From assembly GCA_963822445.1 (NCBI GenBank), contig CAWGHO010000002.1, positions 768,001 through 832,000 of the forward strand: a DNA stretch of 64,000 bases, given 5' to 3'. How positions within the stretch are numbered: the first letter of the stretch is position 1; each line of letters opens with the position of its first letter. Positions 10,266 to 20,237 of the stretch are shown in pieces. The notes below the pieces were generated by a model, which ran no database searches, had not been told where the DNA came from, and worked only from the letters and a program-made list of their open reading frames with translations. The translations under genes and the position numbers were made by a program. The stretch is from an uncultured Acidobacteriota bacterium. Its GTDB lineage: Bacteria > Acidobacteriota > Thermoanaerobaculia > Gp7-AA8.

Positions 10266-10924
10266 ACGCAATTCTTCGCACCCGTCGCATCCAGAAACAC
10301 TTCACCGAAGGCCGCGAAACGGTCCCGGTCCTTCGCGGCATCGACTTCGACGTCGAGCGCGGCGAGATCGTCTCGCTCGAAGGTCCGTCCGGCTCGGGCA
10401 AGACCACGTTCCTGTCGATCCTCGGCTGCATCCTCACGCCGACGAGCGGCGAGGTCGTGATCGAGGGGCAGGAAGTCAGCGAGAAGCGTCTCGCCGAGAT
10501 CCGCAAGCGCTCCCTCGGATTCGTCTTCCAGCAGTTCAACCTCTTTCCTTCGCTGACTGCCCTCGAGAACGTCGAGTACGCGCTCAACGTGAAGGGCGTG
10601 AAAGGCCGCGGCGCCCGCATCGAAGCGCAGCGCGTCATCGACGCGGTCGGCCTCGGCGATCGCCAGAACTTTCTGCCGCGCGATCTGAGCGGCGGACAGA
10701 AACAACGCGTCGCCATTGCCCGCGCGCTCGCCGGCAGCGCACCGATTCTCCTCGCCGACGAGCCGACCGCGAATCTCGACTCTCAGGCCGGAACGCAGAT
10801 CCTCGAGATGTTCCGCGCGCTGGCCAAACAGGAAAACCGCGCGCTGGTGATCGTCACCCATGACCCGAAAGTGCGGTCGATTGCCGACCGCGTCGTGAAG
10901 ATTCAGGACGGAGCTTTGATATGA
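10262..10924 (+). CDS. ABC exporter ATP-binding subunit (DevA/LolD type)
   Basis: GPSGSGKT, LSGGQKQR, LLADEPT. Confidence 0.93.
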   Translation: MNAILRTRRIQKHFTEGRETVPVLRGIDFDVERGEIVSLEGPSGSGKTTFLSILGCILTPTSGEVVIEGQEVSEKRLAEIRKRSLGFVFQQFNLFPSLTALENVEYALNVKGVKGRGARIEAQRVIDAVGLGDRQNFLPRDLSGGQKQRVAIARALAGSAPILLADEPTANLDSQAGTQILEMFRALAKQENRALVIVTHDPKVRSIADRVVKIQDGALI

Positions 10925-11784
10925 ACCGGATTCTCTACCCAGCCCTGGCAGTCCTTCTCCTCGTGGCCACCGTCGCCCAGGTTTACGCGACGCGGCCGAA
11001 GCCCGCGGACGCGCCGCAAGTCAAAAGCCTCGCCAACACGCCGCGCGTCGTCGCGGAAGGACGCGTCGTCACCTACCCCGGCGCCGAAGTCACGGTCGGC
11101 ACCGACGTCGCGGGCACGATCGAATCGCTGAAAGTCGAAGAGAAAGACACCGTTCGCAAAGGCGACGTCATCGCGATCATCAAAGCGCACGACACCCACG
11201 CCGCGCTTTCTGTCGCCCGTGCGCGTGTCACCGAAGCCGATGCCGATATCCGGCTGTTCGAGGCGGAAGTCGCGCGTGCGCAGCACCTCTGGAAGGAAGA
11301 CGTCGGCTCGAAGCAGGCCTGGGACAAAGCGGAGCGCGATCTCGATGCGTCGCGCGCGCGCCGCACCTCTGCAGCCGCGGAAGTCCGTCGCCTCGAAGCG
11401 TTGGTCGGCAAGACCGTCATCACCGCGCCGATCGACGGCGTGGTCATCGCGCGCAACGTGCACGCCGGCGAAACGGTCGACGTCGGCGACGAGCTGCTGA
11501 CCATCGCCGACCTGAAAAAGACGCGCGTCGAAGCGGAAATCGACGAATTCGACGTGGCCCGCATCCACCACGGCGCAACCGTCAGCGTCATGGCCGAGGG
11601 GTTCGAGAAGGGGTGGAAGGGGACGATCGAAGAGATTCCGGATTCGGTCGTGAACCGCCGGATCAAGCCTCAGGATCCTTCCAAGCCGATCGACACGCGC
11701 GTCCTGCTGGTCAAAGTCGCTTTCGCCGAGCCGACGCCGCTGAAGCTCGGCCAAAGGGTGGAAGTAAGAATCGACGGACAATAA
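10921..11784 (+). CDS. Efflux periplasmic adaptor (HlyD/DevB type)
   Basis: Lipoyl-like halves VRKGDVIA and ITAPIDGVV around a coiled coil. Confidence 0.88.
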   Translation: MNRILYPALAVLLLVATVAQVYATRPKPADAPQVKSLANTPRVVAEGRVVTYPGAEVTVGTDVAGTIESLKVEEKDTVRKGDVIAIIKAHDTHAALSVARARVTEADADIRLFEAEVARAQHLWKEDVGSKQAWDKAERDLDASRARRTSAAAEVRRLEALVGKTVITAPIDGVVIARNVHAGETVDVGDELLTIADLKKTRVEAEIDEFDVARIHHGATVSVMAEGFEKGWKGTIEEIPDSVVNRRIKPQDPSKPIDTRVLLVKVAFAEPTPLKLGQRVEVRIDGQ

Positions 11785-11828
11785 AGGCAAAGTCTGACGC
11801 GGGAGGCGTATGCTTACGTCTCCCGCAA

Positions 11829-12641
11829 ATGTCTTCCCTTGCCCTCGTTGTCGAGAATGACGACAGCACCCGAAAGCTGCTCGCCGTCGTGCTGAGCCGC
11901 TTCGGCTACGAGGTCGACGCCGTCGTCAACGGAAAGGACGCGCTGGTCCTGCTCGGGTCGATCGACTACGACCTGATGGTTTTCGACCTGATGGTCCCCG
12001 GCGCGTCCGGCGAAGAACTGCTGGACTGGCTCCAGCAGAATCGGCCCGAGGCGATCGAGCGAACGATGGTCTTGTCGTCCGTGACGCGGCTTCATCTCGA
12101 GCAGGTCCGGGACTGGTATCCGACGGCGCGCGTGATCCGCAAGCCATTCGAGCTGCACGAGTTGATCGAATTCGCGAACGCGGTCCGTCGCGATCGTCCC
12201 GGTGCATCGATCAGTACCGCTGGTCAATTTGCCAGACGTTCGATCATGGCCGGCGCGAAAGCGGGACTGCTCGTGCGGAAGATCGGCTCCGACGTCTCCC
12301 TGATTCACCAGTTCGGCTACGACGCGAGCACCCTCCAGCCATGGTTTCCGCTCTCCGCCAGCGCTCCGATTCCGTTGTGCAAGTGTCTGCGCGACGGGCG
12401 TGCGCAGTGGCTGGCCTCCCTGGCCGCCGCCGTTCCCGAGTTTCCGCATCTCGCGCAGATCTGGCAGGCGAATCACAGCCACGCCCTCGCAACCGTGCCG
12501 TTGATTCGCGACGGGCAGGTAGTCGGCGCCGCCGGCTGGAGTTTCCGCGAGCCGCAAACATTCGACGAGCTCGAGCAGCGCGCCTTCACCGCCATCGCCG
12601 AGGATGCCTCGCCGCTGCTCGACGCGATGCAATCCGCCTAG
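11829..12641 (+). CDS. Response regulator receiver plus GAF-like domain
   Basis: ALVVEND...DLMVP...RKPF receiver; C-terminal ATVPLIRDGQVVGA. Confidence 0.8.
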   Translation: MSSLALVVENDDSTRKLLAVVLSRFGYEVDAVVNGKDALVLLGSIDYDLMVFDLMVPGASGEELLDWLQQNRPEAIERTMVLSSVTRLHLEQVRDWYPTARVIRKPFELHELIEFANAVRRDRPGASISTAGQFARRSIMAGAKAGLLVRKIGSDVSLIHQFGYDASTLQPWFPLSASAPIPLCKCLRDGRAQWLASLAAAVPEFPHLAQIWQANHSHALATVPLIRDGQVVGAAGWSFREPQTFDELEQRAFTAIAEDASPLLDAMQSA

Positions 12642-12668
12642 ACCGCACGGCCGTAGTCCTGTCACCTC

Positions 12669-14264
12669 ATGACCGTCCTTCCTACAGTCGCGCGGCTGCG
12701 CTTTGCAGTCCCACTGCGCGATACTCGCTCCGTGCAGCTCGAAGTGCTCAATGAAGTGGCCCGCATCGCCACGCTCGATCTCGAGCTACGTCCGATGCTG
12801 CAGCGCATCACCGATTCGCTCTCGCGCAAGTTCGGCTGGGAGTTCGTCGCGCTGATCACCATCGATCAGGTCGAGGGCACGTTCACCTGCGAGGCGGTCA
12901 CCTCTGCGGTTGTCACCGACATCGCCATCGGCTACAGCCGGCCGCTCGGCAGCGGCGTGGTCGGACAGGTCGCGTCGCATGCCGAGGCGATCGTGCTCGA
13001 TGACGTGAGCACCTTTCCGAACTACGTCGAGACCATGCCCGGCGCGCGGTCGGAGATCTGCGTTCCCGTCAAGCATCACGGCCGGTTAGTGGCCGTGCTC
13101 AATCTCGAGAGCCAGCAGATCGGCACGTTTCACGGGCAGTTGCCGCTGCTGGAGACGGTCGCGGACACGATCGCCGGCGCGATCGCCAGCGCGCAGCTCT
13201 ACGACGAGCTTCGCCAGCGCGCGCGGCTGATGGAGATGATGAGCGAGGTCTCGCGAACGGCACTCGACGCGACCGATCTCGAGGAAGTGCTGCGCCGCAT
13301 CGTCTTCTACATCTACGACCGCTTCCCGCTCGAGCTCGTGTCCGTGGTGATGTACGAAGCCGAAGAGGAAGTGTTCGTGCAGACGGCGAGCGCCGGGGCG
13401 AATTCCGCCGGGCCGAACACGCGCTGGCCGATCCGCGAAGGCATCATCGGCCGCTGCATCCGCACCAGGGCCACGCAATTCGTCGAGGACGTCACCACCG
13501 ATGCCGAGTACGTGAGCGTGAATGAGCGGACCGCGTCGGAGCTGGTCGTGCCGATCCGTTTCCGCAACGAGGTCGTGGGAGTGCTGAACATCGAGAGCGC
13601 CTCGCGCGAGGTCTTCACACCCGCGAACGTGCTCGCATTCGAAGCGTTCGCCGATCAGGTCGCGGGCGCGATCAACCTGGCCTCGCTCAATTCACGGCTC
13701 GGCGCGACGAAGACGCAGCTCGAACTGAAGACGCACGATCTGGAACAGGCCAACGAACATCTGGCGAAGGCGATCGAGACGCTGCACCGCATCTCCACGC
13801 AGGACGGCCTGACCGGCGTCGCCAACCGCCGCCTCTTCGACGAAACGCTCGGCCTGGAATGGCGTCGCGCCGCGCGCAGCCGCGCGCCGGTCACGCTGCT
13901 GCTCCTCGACATCGATCACTTCAAGGACTTCAACGACGCTCACGGACATCAGAGCGGCGACGAGTGTCTTCGTCGTGTCGCACAGACCTTGCGCGAATCC
14001 GTTCATCGCGCCGCGGATCTGGTGGCGCGTTATGGCGGCGAGGAGTTCGCGGTCCTTCTGCCGGAGACCGATGCCGAGCACGCGGGGATGATCGCCGAGG
14101 CCATTCGCGAGCGGATCGAGTCGGCGGGTCAGGTCACGGCGAGCATCGGCGTGGCAACGTGCGTTCCGCCGCGCGACGTGAGCGGCGTGGAGGAGTTCAT
14201 CGGCGTGGCCGACGAGGCGCTGTACGACGCGAAGAGACAGGGGCGGAATCGCGTGGTGGCGTGA
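12669..14264 (+). CDS. GAF-GAF diguanylate cyclase
   Basis: Two GAF domains; DGLTGVANRR, DIDHFK, RAAD I-site, YGGEEF. Confidence 0.93.
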   Translation: MTVLPTVARLRFAVPLRDTRSVQLEVLNEVARIATLDLELRPMLQRITDSLSRKFGWEFVALITIDQVEGTFTCEAVTSAVVTDIAIGYSRPLGSGVVGQVASHAEAIVLDDVSTFPNYVETMPGARSEICVPVKHHGRLVAVLNLESQQIGTFHGQLPLLETVADTIAGAIASAQLYDELRQRARLMEMMSEVSRTALDATDLEEVLRRIVFYIYDRFPLELVSVVMYEAEEEVFVQTASAGANSAGPNTRWPIREGIIGRCIRTRATQFVEDVTTDAEYVSVNERTASELVVPIRFRNEVVGVLNIESASREVFTPANVLAFEAFADQVAGAINLASLNSRLGATKTQLELKTHDLEQANEHLAKAIETLHRISTQDGLTGVANRRLFDETLGLEWRRAARSRAPVTLLLLDIDHFKDFNDAHGHQSGDECLRRVAQTLRESVHRAADLVARYGGEEFAVLLPETDAEHAGMIAEAIRERIESAGQVTASIGVATCVPPRDVSGVEEFIGVADEALYDAKRQGRNRVVA

Positions 14265-14955
14265 TCAGCTGCTCCCCTTTCCGCCGGCCGTTGGCCATGC
14301 GGTTATCGTCTTCCGTCACCACTTCCACGCCCTGCTCGCCGCGCCGTCCCGCACCGCCCCGCCGCGCCTTCTCCAGCGTCATCAGAAATCCGAACGCCGG
14401 ATCCTTGAACTGCAGGTGCCGGAGCATGTGCCAGTGCTTGCGCACGTAGGCCTGGAGGAACTGCAGGACGTGGCCGAGGCTGATGATGCGGCATGGGGGG
14501 ACGGCGGAGCCGGGGGGGAAAGAGCCGAAGGCGATCAGGCGGACGACGTACGACGACTGAATCTCCGCGGTACCGTGCTTGAGGAGGTGCTCGACGACGC
14601 GATTGTCATCGCCGACCTCACCGAAGCGATTGATCACCGTCTTCAGAACTTCGGGATCGCGGATGCCGGTATTGATGCCGACGCGCCCTTCCTTCACCTC
14701 GCCGATGATCATGTCCACCTGACCGGTGGGCACGGCCAGACCAGGATCGAGGCCGGTCATGTCCAGGCTCTTCGGCATCTTCCGGCCGTGCCGCGCCATC
14801 GGCTCACCCGAGGGAAAGCGGAAGGCGAGGATGTCGATGTCGGTGATCGTGCGGAAGCCTGCACGTCCGGCGCCGGCGATGATCGGGTATTCAGCGGAGG
14901 TGAAGTACCCGTTGAGCTGTAAGTACGCCTGCACCAGCGCGACGGCGTGATCCAT
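14197..14955 (-). CDS. Hypothetical protein, PD-(D/E)xK nuclease-like fold
   Basis: AYLQLNGYF, TDIDILAFR, IIGEVKEG; the C-terminus overlaps the GGDEF gene. Confidence 0.6.
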   Translation of the reverse strand: MDHAVALVQAYLQLNGYFTSAEYPIIAGAGRAGFRTITDIDILAFRFPSGEPMARHGRKMPKSLDMTGLDPGLAVPTGQVDMIIGEVKEGRVGINTGIRDPEVLKTVINRFGEVGDDNRVVEHLLKHGTAEIQSSYVVRLIAFGSFPPGSAVPPCRIISLGHVLQFLQAYVRKHWHMLRHLQFKDPAFGFLMTLEKARRGGAGRRGEQGVEVVTEDDNRMANGRRKGEQLITPPRDSAPVSSRRTAPRRPRR

Positions 14956-14990
14956 AGGGCGCACATGTTAGCGTTACTCAGTTACACTGC

Positions 14991-15395
14991 ATGCAACCGC
15001 AAATGGATGACAAACAGATCGCTGCTCGCACGCCCAAGCCGTCGTACGACTGTCTGAAATGCCCTGCGTATTGCTGCAGCTACGACCGGATCATCGTCGA
15101 GAACAGCGACCTGAAACGGCTGGCCCGTCATTTCGACATCGACGTCGAAACCGCGCGCAGGCGGTTCACGAAGATCAAGGACAACGAGCAGGTCCTTCGC
15201 CACCAGAAGGACCACGTCTACGGCAGCATCTGCATGTTCATCGACACCAAGACCCGGCGCTGCACGATCTACGACGCCCGCCCGGGCGTCTGCCACGAAT
15301 ACCCGGACAAGCCCCGCTGCGGCTACTACGACTTCCTGAAATGGGAGCGCAAGCATCAGGAGGATCCGGACTTCATCCCGCTGCAGAAGGGGTGA
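14991..15395 (+). CDS. YkgJ family CxxCxxCC cysteine-cluster protein
   Basis: CLKCPAYCC, CMFID, CTIYDARPGVC. Confidence 0.9.
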   Translation: MQPQMDDKQIAARTPKPSYDCLKCPAYCCSYDRIIVENSDLKRLARHFDIDVETARRRFTKIKDNEQVLRHQKDHVYGSICMFIDTKTRRCTIYDARPGVCHEYPDKPRCGYYDFLKWERKHQEDPDFIPLQKG

Positions 15396-15398
15396 GGC

Positions 15399-15489
15399 AG
15401 TCGTTAGTCGTTGGTGATTAGTCGTTAGTAGAACGAAGCAAGCTCTTCCCAGCGTTCTACTAACGACTAACGACTAATCACTAACGACT
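15399..15489. repeat. Inverted heptamer tandem-repeat hairpin (AGTCGTT)n / (AACGACT)n
   Basis: Directly visible. Confidence 0.85.
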
Positions 15490-15527
15490 TTCCGAATAGC
15501 CCACCGCCTTGCAGTGTTATTTGCAGC

Positions 15528-16496
15528 ATGCTTTTCCGCCTCACCTCGCTTCTCCTCGCCGGCGTACTCACCGGGGCGATCCATGCCCAGGACTTTACGG
15601 AAGAGGTCGCCGTCAACTATGTGATGGTGCCTTTCACCGTGATCGGCGGGCAGGGCGCGCCGATCACCGACCTCAAGCAGAAGGACGTCTCCCTGCTCGT
15701 GGACGGGCAGCCGGTGCGGACGGACATGTTCGAGATGTCCTTCAACGCGCCGGTCTCCTGGACGATCCTCCTCGACGGCTCGGGCTCGATGGGGCTGGCC
15801 GGGAAGATGGACGCGGCCAAGGCGGCCATCAACGCGCTCGTGGCCCGGCGCAGGGAAGGCGATGACTTCGCGCTGTTCGTCTTCGATTCGCAGGGGCACG
15901 CCAAGGAGATGGTTCCGTTCACCGAGAACCCAGCGGCGATCAGCCGCGCCCTCGACGTGGTGAAGCCGTGGGGCAAGACCGCGTTCTTCGACGCGCTCGC
16001 GGAGATGCCGGCCCGCAGCGAGCTGGGTCGCAACGCCTCGCGGGCGATCATCCTGCTGAGCGACGGCATCGACAACGCCTCGAACGTGACCCTTCCCGAC
16101 ATCGAAAAACAGATGGAAGGGCTGTCAATCCCCATCTACGCGTTCGGCCTTCGTGAGCCCGGCGAGACGAAGGTGACGGCGATCAGCGAGGAGATGGCGA
16201 ACATCGATCTGCTCGACGAGCTGGCGGCCGCGACCGGTGGCAAACTCTTCATCGGCAACCGGCCGGAACAGCTCGCAAGTTCAATGAATTCAATAGAAAA
16301 GGTCCTGCGGGCCCAGTATCTGCTCGGCTTTGCGCCGACAGGAAAAGGTACAGTGAAGTACCGCCGCATTTCGCTGAAGCTCGCGGGGCGCGTCCGTTCC
16401 GTCCGAGTCCGTGCCGGCTACCGCGGCACAGAGCCTCCGGTACAGAGCGTCGCAAGCCGCACCAAGCCGAAGCGCAACGAAAGGAAGAGAAGTTGA
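15528..16496 (+). CDS. Secreted VWA domain protein (acidobacterial type)
   Basis: Signal peptide; DGSGSM MIDAS, TAFFDA, LLSDGID, ATGG, QYLLGF. Confidence 0.9.
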   Translation: MLFRLTSLLLAGVLTGAIHAQDFTEEVAVNYVMVPFTVIGGQGAPITDLKQKDVSLLVDGQPVRTDMFEMSFNAPVSWTILLDGSGSMGLAGKMDAAKAAINALVARRREGDDFALFVFDSQGHAKEMVPFTENPAAISRALDVVKPWGKTAFFDALAEMPARSELGRNASRAIILLSDGIDNASNVTLPDIEKQMEGLSIPIYAFGLREPGETKVTAISEEMANIDLLDELAAATGGKLFIGNRPEQLASSMNSIEKVLRAQYLLGFAPTGKGTVKYRRISLKLAGRVRSVRVRAGYRGTEPPVQSVASRTKPKRNERKRS

Positions 16497-17110
16497 TGAC
16501 CAAAGTTACCGGGGGTATCACGGCGATCGCGCTGGTTCTGATCTCCAGCGCGTGCGCCACCAAGAAATCGGTCGAGGAACAGATCGCCGCTTCGCAGGCG
16601 ACGACGAACCAGAAGATCGAGTCCGTAGCTTCACAGGTCGAGGATCTGCAGCAGAAACAGCAGGCCACGGACGTCCGCCTCGAGCAGCTCAGCCAGTCCG
16701 CGCAGGAAGCGCTCACGCGCGCGCAGGAAGCCGGCGTGCTGGCCAAGGGACAGGTGGTCTTCGAGCAGTCGTTCGCCGAGGATCGGGTGAAGTTCAAGCT
16801 CGATTCGCACGAGCTCGATCAGAACGCGAAGACCGCGCTCGACGAGTTCGCCGGCCGGGTGAAGATCCTGCAGAGCCAGTACTTCGTCGAGATTCAGGGC
16901 CACACCGACGACACCGGCAGCGAAGCGCACAACGAGGAGCTCGGCCAGCGCCGCGCCGAATCAGTGCGCCGCTACCTGTCGCGCGAGCACAAGCTGCCGC
17001 TCAACCGGATGTCGACGATCTCGTACGGCGACACCCTGCCGGTCGAGTCGAACAAGACCAAGGTCGGCCGCTCCGCGAACCGGCGGGTGGTGCTGGTGGT
17101 ACTCGAGTAG
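16493..17110 (+). CDS. OmpA family lipoprotein
   Basis: Lipobox SSA-C; IQGHTD, LGQRRAESV, NRRV. Confidence 0.92.
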   Translation: MMTKVTGGITAIALVLISSACATKKSVEEQIAASQATTNQKIESVASQVEDLQQKQQATDVRLEQLSQSAQEALTRAQEAGVLAKGQVVFEQSFAEDRVKFKLDSHELDQNAKTALDEFAGRVKILQSQYFVEIQGHTDDTGSEAHNEELGQRRAESVRRYLSREHKLPLNRMSTISYGDTLPVESNKTKVGRSANRRVVLVVLE

Positions 17111-17133
17111 ATCCGCTTTATCGCGTTTTACCG

Positions 17134-17169
17134 ACGGCCGGCGTATCAAACGCCGGCCGTTTTTGTTTT
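17134..17169 (+). terminator. Rho-independent terminator
   Basis: ACGGCCGGCGT-loop-ACGCCGGCCGT followed by TTTTGTTTT. Confidence 0.85.
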
Positions 17170-17189
17170 GGGGCGCCGGTAGCGCGCCC

Positions 17190-17280
17190 TTGGAGTGCGG
17201 CGGCTCTGCCGCCGCTTTCCCATGCGCCGGAGGCGCGCTCCCGCGCGCTTTCAAAGCGGCGGCAGAGCCGCCGCACTCCA
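17190..17280. repeat. REP-like palindromic element, family 1, copy B
   Basis: Same arms as 501-590; the spacer is the reverse complement of copy A's spacer with few changes. Confidence 0.9.
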
Positions 17281-18024
17281 TTACCTAAACGTCGCCACCA
17301 CCGGCGCGTGGTCGCTCGTGCCGATCTCCCGCTGCGAGGGGCACGACACCGCGCGCTCGGCAAGTGCTTCGCTCGCCAGCACGTAGTCCAGCCGCCAGCC
17401 GATGTTGCGCTCGCGCATCTGCCGCCACGGCGCCCACCAGGTGAAGTAGTTCTCGTCGTCCGGATGCAGCATGCGGCCGACGTCGACCAGACCTCCGTCG
17501 CTGATCAGCCGCTCCAGCAGCTCACGCTCCATCGGCAGCTGGCCGATGACCCGCGGCTTGCGCTCTTTCGGATGCACGTCGATGTCAGCGCGGGCAATGT
17601 TCATGTCCCCGCACAACACGAGCTTCAGTCCGCGCGCACGCAGATCGGCAGCGTAGGCGATCAGCGCATTGATGAAGGCGATCTTCGCGTCGAAGTCCTT
17701 TCCGCCGTTCGGGACGTACACGCTGGTGAACACTGTGTCCTCGATTTGAGCCTGCACGATCCGCGTCTCGGTATCGAAATGTGGATGGGTGAAGACCGCG
17801 TCCCGCGCGAACTCGGTGCGGACGTGCAGCCCCACTCCGGAGTAGCCGCCCGCGCCATGCCAGTAGCAGGTATATCCCTCAATCGAACAGGCTTGCGGGA
17901 TTTGATCGATCTTCGCCTTGATCTCCTGAAGACAGATCACATCGGGCTTTTCAACGGCCGCCCACTGCGCGAATTGCTCGTGCCGCGCGCGGATTCCGTT
18001 GACGTTCCAGGTGGCGATTTTCAT
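17281..18024 (-). CDS. xth: Exodeoxyribonuclease III
   Basis: ATWNVNGIR, LQEIK, YVPNG, GDMN, WRLDY, SDHAP. Confidence 0.95.
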   Translation of the reverse strand: MKIATWNVNGIRARHEQFAQWAAVEKPDVICLQEIKAKIDQIPQACSIEGYTCYWHGAGGYSGVGLHVRTEFARDAVFTHPHFDTETRIVQAQIEDTVFTSVYVPNGGKDFDAKIAFINALIAYAADLRARGLKLVLCGDMNIARADIDVHPKERKPRVIGQLPMERELLERLISDGGLVDVGRMLHPDDENYFTWWAPWRQMRERNIGWRLDYVLASEALAERAVSCPSQREIGTSDHAPVVATFR

Positions 18025-18068
18025 GGTCCGCGGATTGTATTGGTGCCGCCCGACTCATGGAGGCTCCA

Positions 18069-18743
18069 ATGAAAAAATCCGCCTTACTCGCTGTCCTTCT
18101 GTTGATTCTCCCGACGACCGTCTTCGCACAGGACCGCGGTCGCGATGACGACTGGCGCCGCCGCCGCGCCTATGACGACACGCCGAGCCGCGACGCCTTC
18201 GAGCTGACACCCTTCGCCGGCTTTCGCTGGGGCGGCACCGTGTTCTCGAGCGATCCCTTCGGCTTCAACGACGAGCTGCAGGTCGCGGCCAGCCCCAACT
18301 TCGGCGCCGACCTGGCCATCCCCCTCGGCCGCACCGGCATGAAGCTGACCCTGATGGCCAACCACCAGGCCTCCGAGCTCGAAAGCGGAGGCGGTCTCTT
18401 CGAGCCCGACGAAGAATTCGGCGATTTCGACGTGACCTACTTCCACGGCGGCCTGCAGCTTCCGTTCGGCGGCTCGCGCAACGCCATGCCCTACGGTCTG
18501 GTCAGCGCCGGCGTGGCCCGTCTCGATCCGCATGTGAGCGGCGTGAGCGCGGAGACGCGCTTCTCAGCCTCTGCCGGCATGGGCATCAAGCTTCCGATGA
18601 GCCGCAACTCCGCGATCCGCCTGGAAGGCCGCGGCTACTTCACGTCGCTCGAAGAGCAGACGGACTGCTCGTTCTGCGACGTGTTCGTCGACGAGAATTT
18701 CTATCAGGGTGAAGTGAACGTCGGCTTCACGTTCAGCTTTTAA
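18069..18743 (+). CDS. Outer-membrane beta-barrel protein
   Basis: Signal peptide, alternating beta strands, C-terminal FTFSF. Confidence 0.8.
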   Translation: MKKSALLAVLLLILPTTVFAQDRGRDDDWRRRRAYDDTPSRDAFELTPFAGFRWGGTVFSSDPFGFNDELQVAASPNFGADLAIPLGRTGMKLTLMANHQASELESGGGLFEPDEEFGDFDVTYFHGGLQLPFGGSRNAMPYGLVSAGVARLDPHVSGVSAETRFSASAGMGIKLPMSRNSAIRLEGRGYFTSLEEQTDCSFCDVFVDENFYQGEVNVGFTFSF

Positions 18744-18757
18744 GTTATCGTCCCCGC

Positions 18758-19255
18758 GTGCTTGCACCTCTCATCGCCGCGCTGGCTTATGCCGGCGCGG
18801 CGTTTTTGTTTGGGATCGCCATGGGCGAGCGGGGCGAGCTCGGAATCGTGCAGTACGTGTTCATGGCCGTGATTCCGGCGACGACGATCGTGCTGGCCCT
18901 CGTGGCGCGCCATGCCCGCTTCGAGGTCATGCTCACCGGAGCGGCCATGCTTGCCGGCCTGTTCCTCGGCCAGCGAGCATTTCGCGAGGCGTGGAGCGAA
19001 TGCGCGACGAAGGCTCCGTTCGTCGCGGCTGCGGTCGCGAACTATCGCGCCGCGCACGATGACTATCCGTCGCGTCTCGAAGAGCTCGATCTCGACCTTC
19101 CCTGCGACTGCATCCTGCGCGACACGATCCTTCACTACCTCTCGAACGAACGCGCGTTCAAGCTCTGGATCACGAACGACAGACAGACGGTGACGTTTAC
19201 TGCCAGCGGAAGATCCGCAGGCCGATCACCGACGACACAATCGCCCACGCCGTGA
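18758..19255 (+). CDS. Hypothetical membrane protein
   Basis: Three TM segments followed by a YP..LEEL pilin-like motif. Confidence 0.6.
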   Translation: MLAPLIAALAYAGAAFLFGIAMGERGELGIVQYVFMAVIPATTIVLALVARHARFEVMLTGAAMLAGLFLGQRAFREAWSECATKAPFVAAAVANYRAAHDDYPSRLEELDLDLPCDCILRDTILHYLSNERAFKLWITNDRQTVTFTASGRSAGRSPTTQSPTP

Positions 19256-20237
19256 GCGTGAGCAGTTGCGGCGCGAGATCGATCGCGGTCATGCCGTCGT
19301 TCATCACGCCGCGCAGCGCGTCATTCAGCGCCGTCAGCGGCAGCGCGCGAATGAACGGCTTGGCCGCGTCGGGAAATCGCTCGTACGAAAAGAACACGCC
19401 CGAGCAGACCCACATCGGCAGCATGACCAGGTTCATCAGACCGCTCACCGCCTCGATCGTCCGCGCCCGCGACGAGATCAGCAGGCCGATGCCCGCGAAC
19501 GTCGCGCCGCCGAGGAGACAGACGCCGATGAAGACGAGCAGCGAGCCGCGCACGGCCACATCGAAGATCAGCCAGGCGAAGACGATCAGCACCGTCACTT
19601 CGAGCACCAGGAAAACGAGCCGCGACAAAAAGTGCGAGAAGAGGTAGTGCGTCTTGCGCATCGGCGTGGCCACGAAGCGCTTGAGCAGTTTCTTCAGCCG
19701 CGCGTTCACGACCGAGAAGCCGATGCTCCACATGCCCGTGCCCATCAGGTTCATTCCGAGTAGGCCCGGCACCAGGAAGTCGACGTACCGCGAGCCCTGC
19801 TCGGTCACGTGCGTCTCTTTCGCGGTCATCACGTTCCTGCGTCCGGCCGCGATCTGCAGCGCGTTATCGACTTCAACCCGCGCCGTTCGCGCATCGGGTC
19901 GGGTCGGATCGAGGCGGTAAACCGGCGTGTCGCCGCCTTCGATCAGCAGAGAGATCTTGCCGCGGCGCAGCTCTTCGCGGCCTTCCTCGATCGAGTAAAC
20001 GCGCGCCTGCAGGACGGGCGACGTCTTCAAAGCGGCGAGCCGCGCCTTCGCCTGAAGGCTGTCCACGACGATGCCGACGGGGATCTTCTCCGGACCGCTC
20101 TCCCGAAAGGCGTAGCCGAGGGCCATCGTGAGCAGGAGAGGGAAGACGAAGACCCAGAACATCGCCTCCGGCTCGCGGATGAACTCTTTGAAGCGGACCT
20201 GGGTGAGCTCGATGAGCGGATGTCGCGTCTCACGCAT
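19197..20237 (-). CDS. ABC-2 type permease
   Basis: FLVPGLLGM, SGVFF, LPLT motifs. Confidence 0.9.
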   Translation of the reverse strand: MRETRHPLIELTQVRFKEFIREPEAMFWVFVFPLLLTMALGYAFRESGPEKIPVGIVVDSLQAKARLAALKTSPVLQARVYSIEEGREELRRGKISLLIEGGDTPVYRLDPTRPDARTARVEVDNALQIAAGRRNVMTAKETHVTEQGSRYVDFLVPGLLGMNLMGTGMWSIGFSVVNARLKKLLKRFVATPMRKTHYLFSHFLSRLVFLVLEVTVLIVFAWLIFDVAVRGSLLVFIGVCLLGGATFAGIGLLISSRARTIEAVSGLMNLVMLPMWVCSGVFFSYERFPDAAKPFIRALPLTALNDALRGVMNDGMTAIDLAPQLLTLTAWAIVSSVIGLRIFRWQ

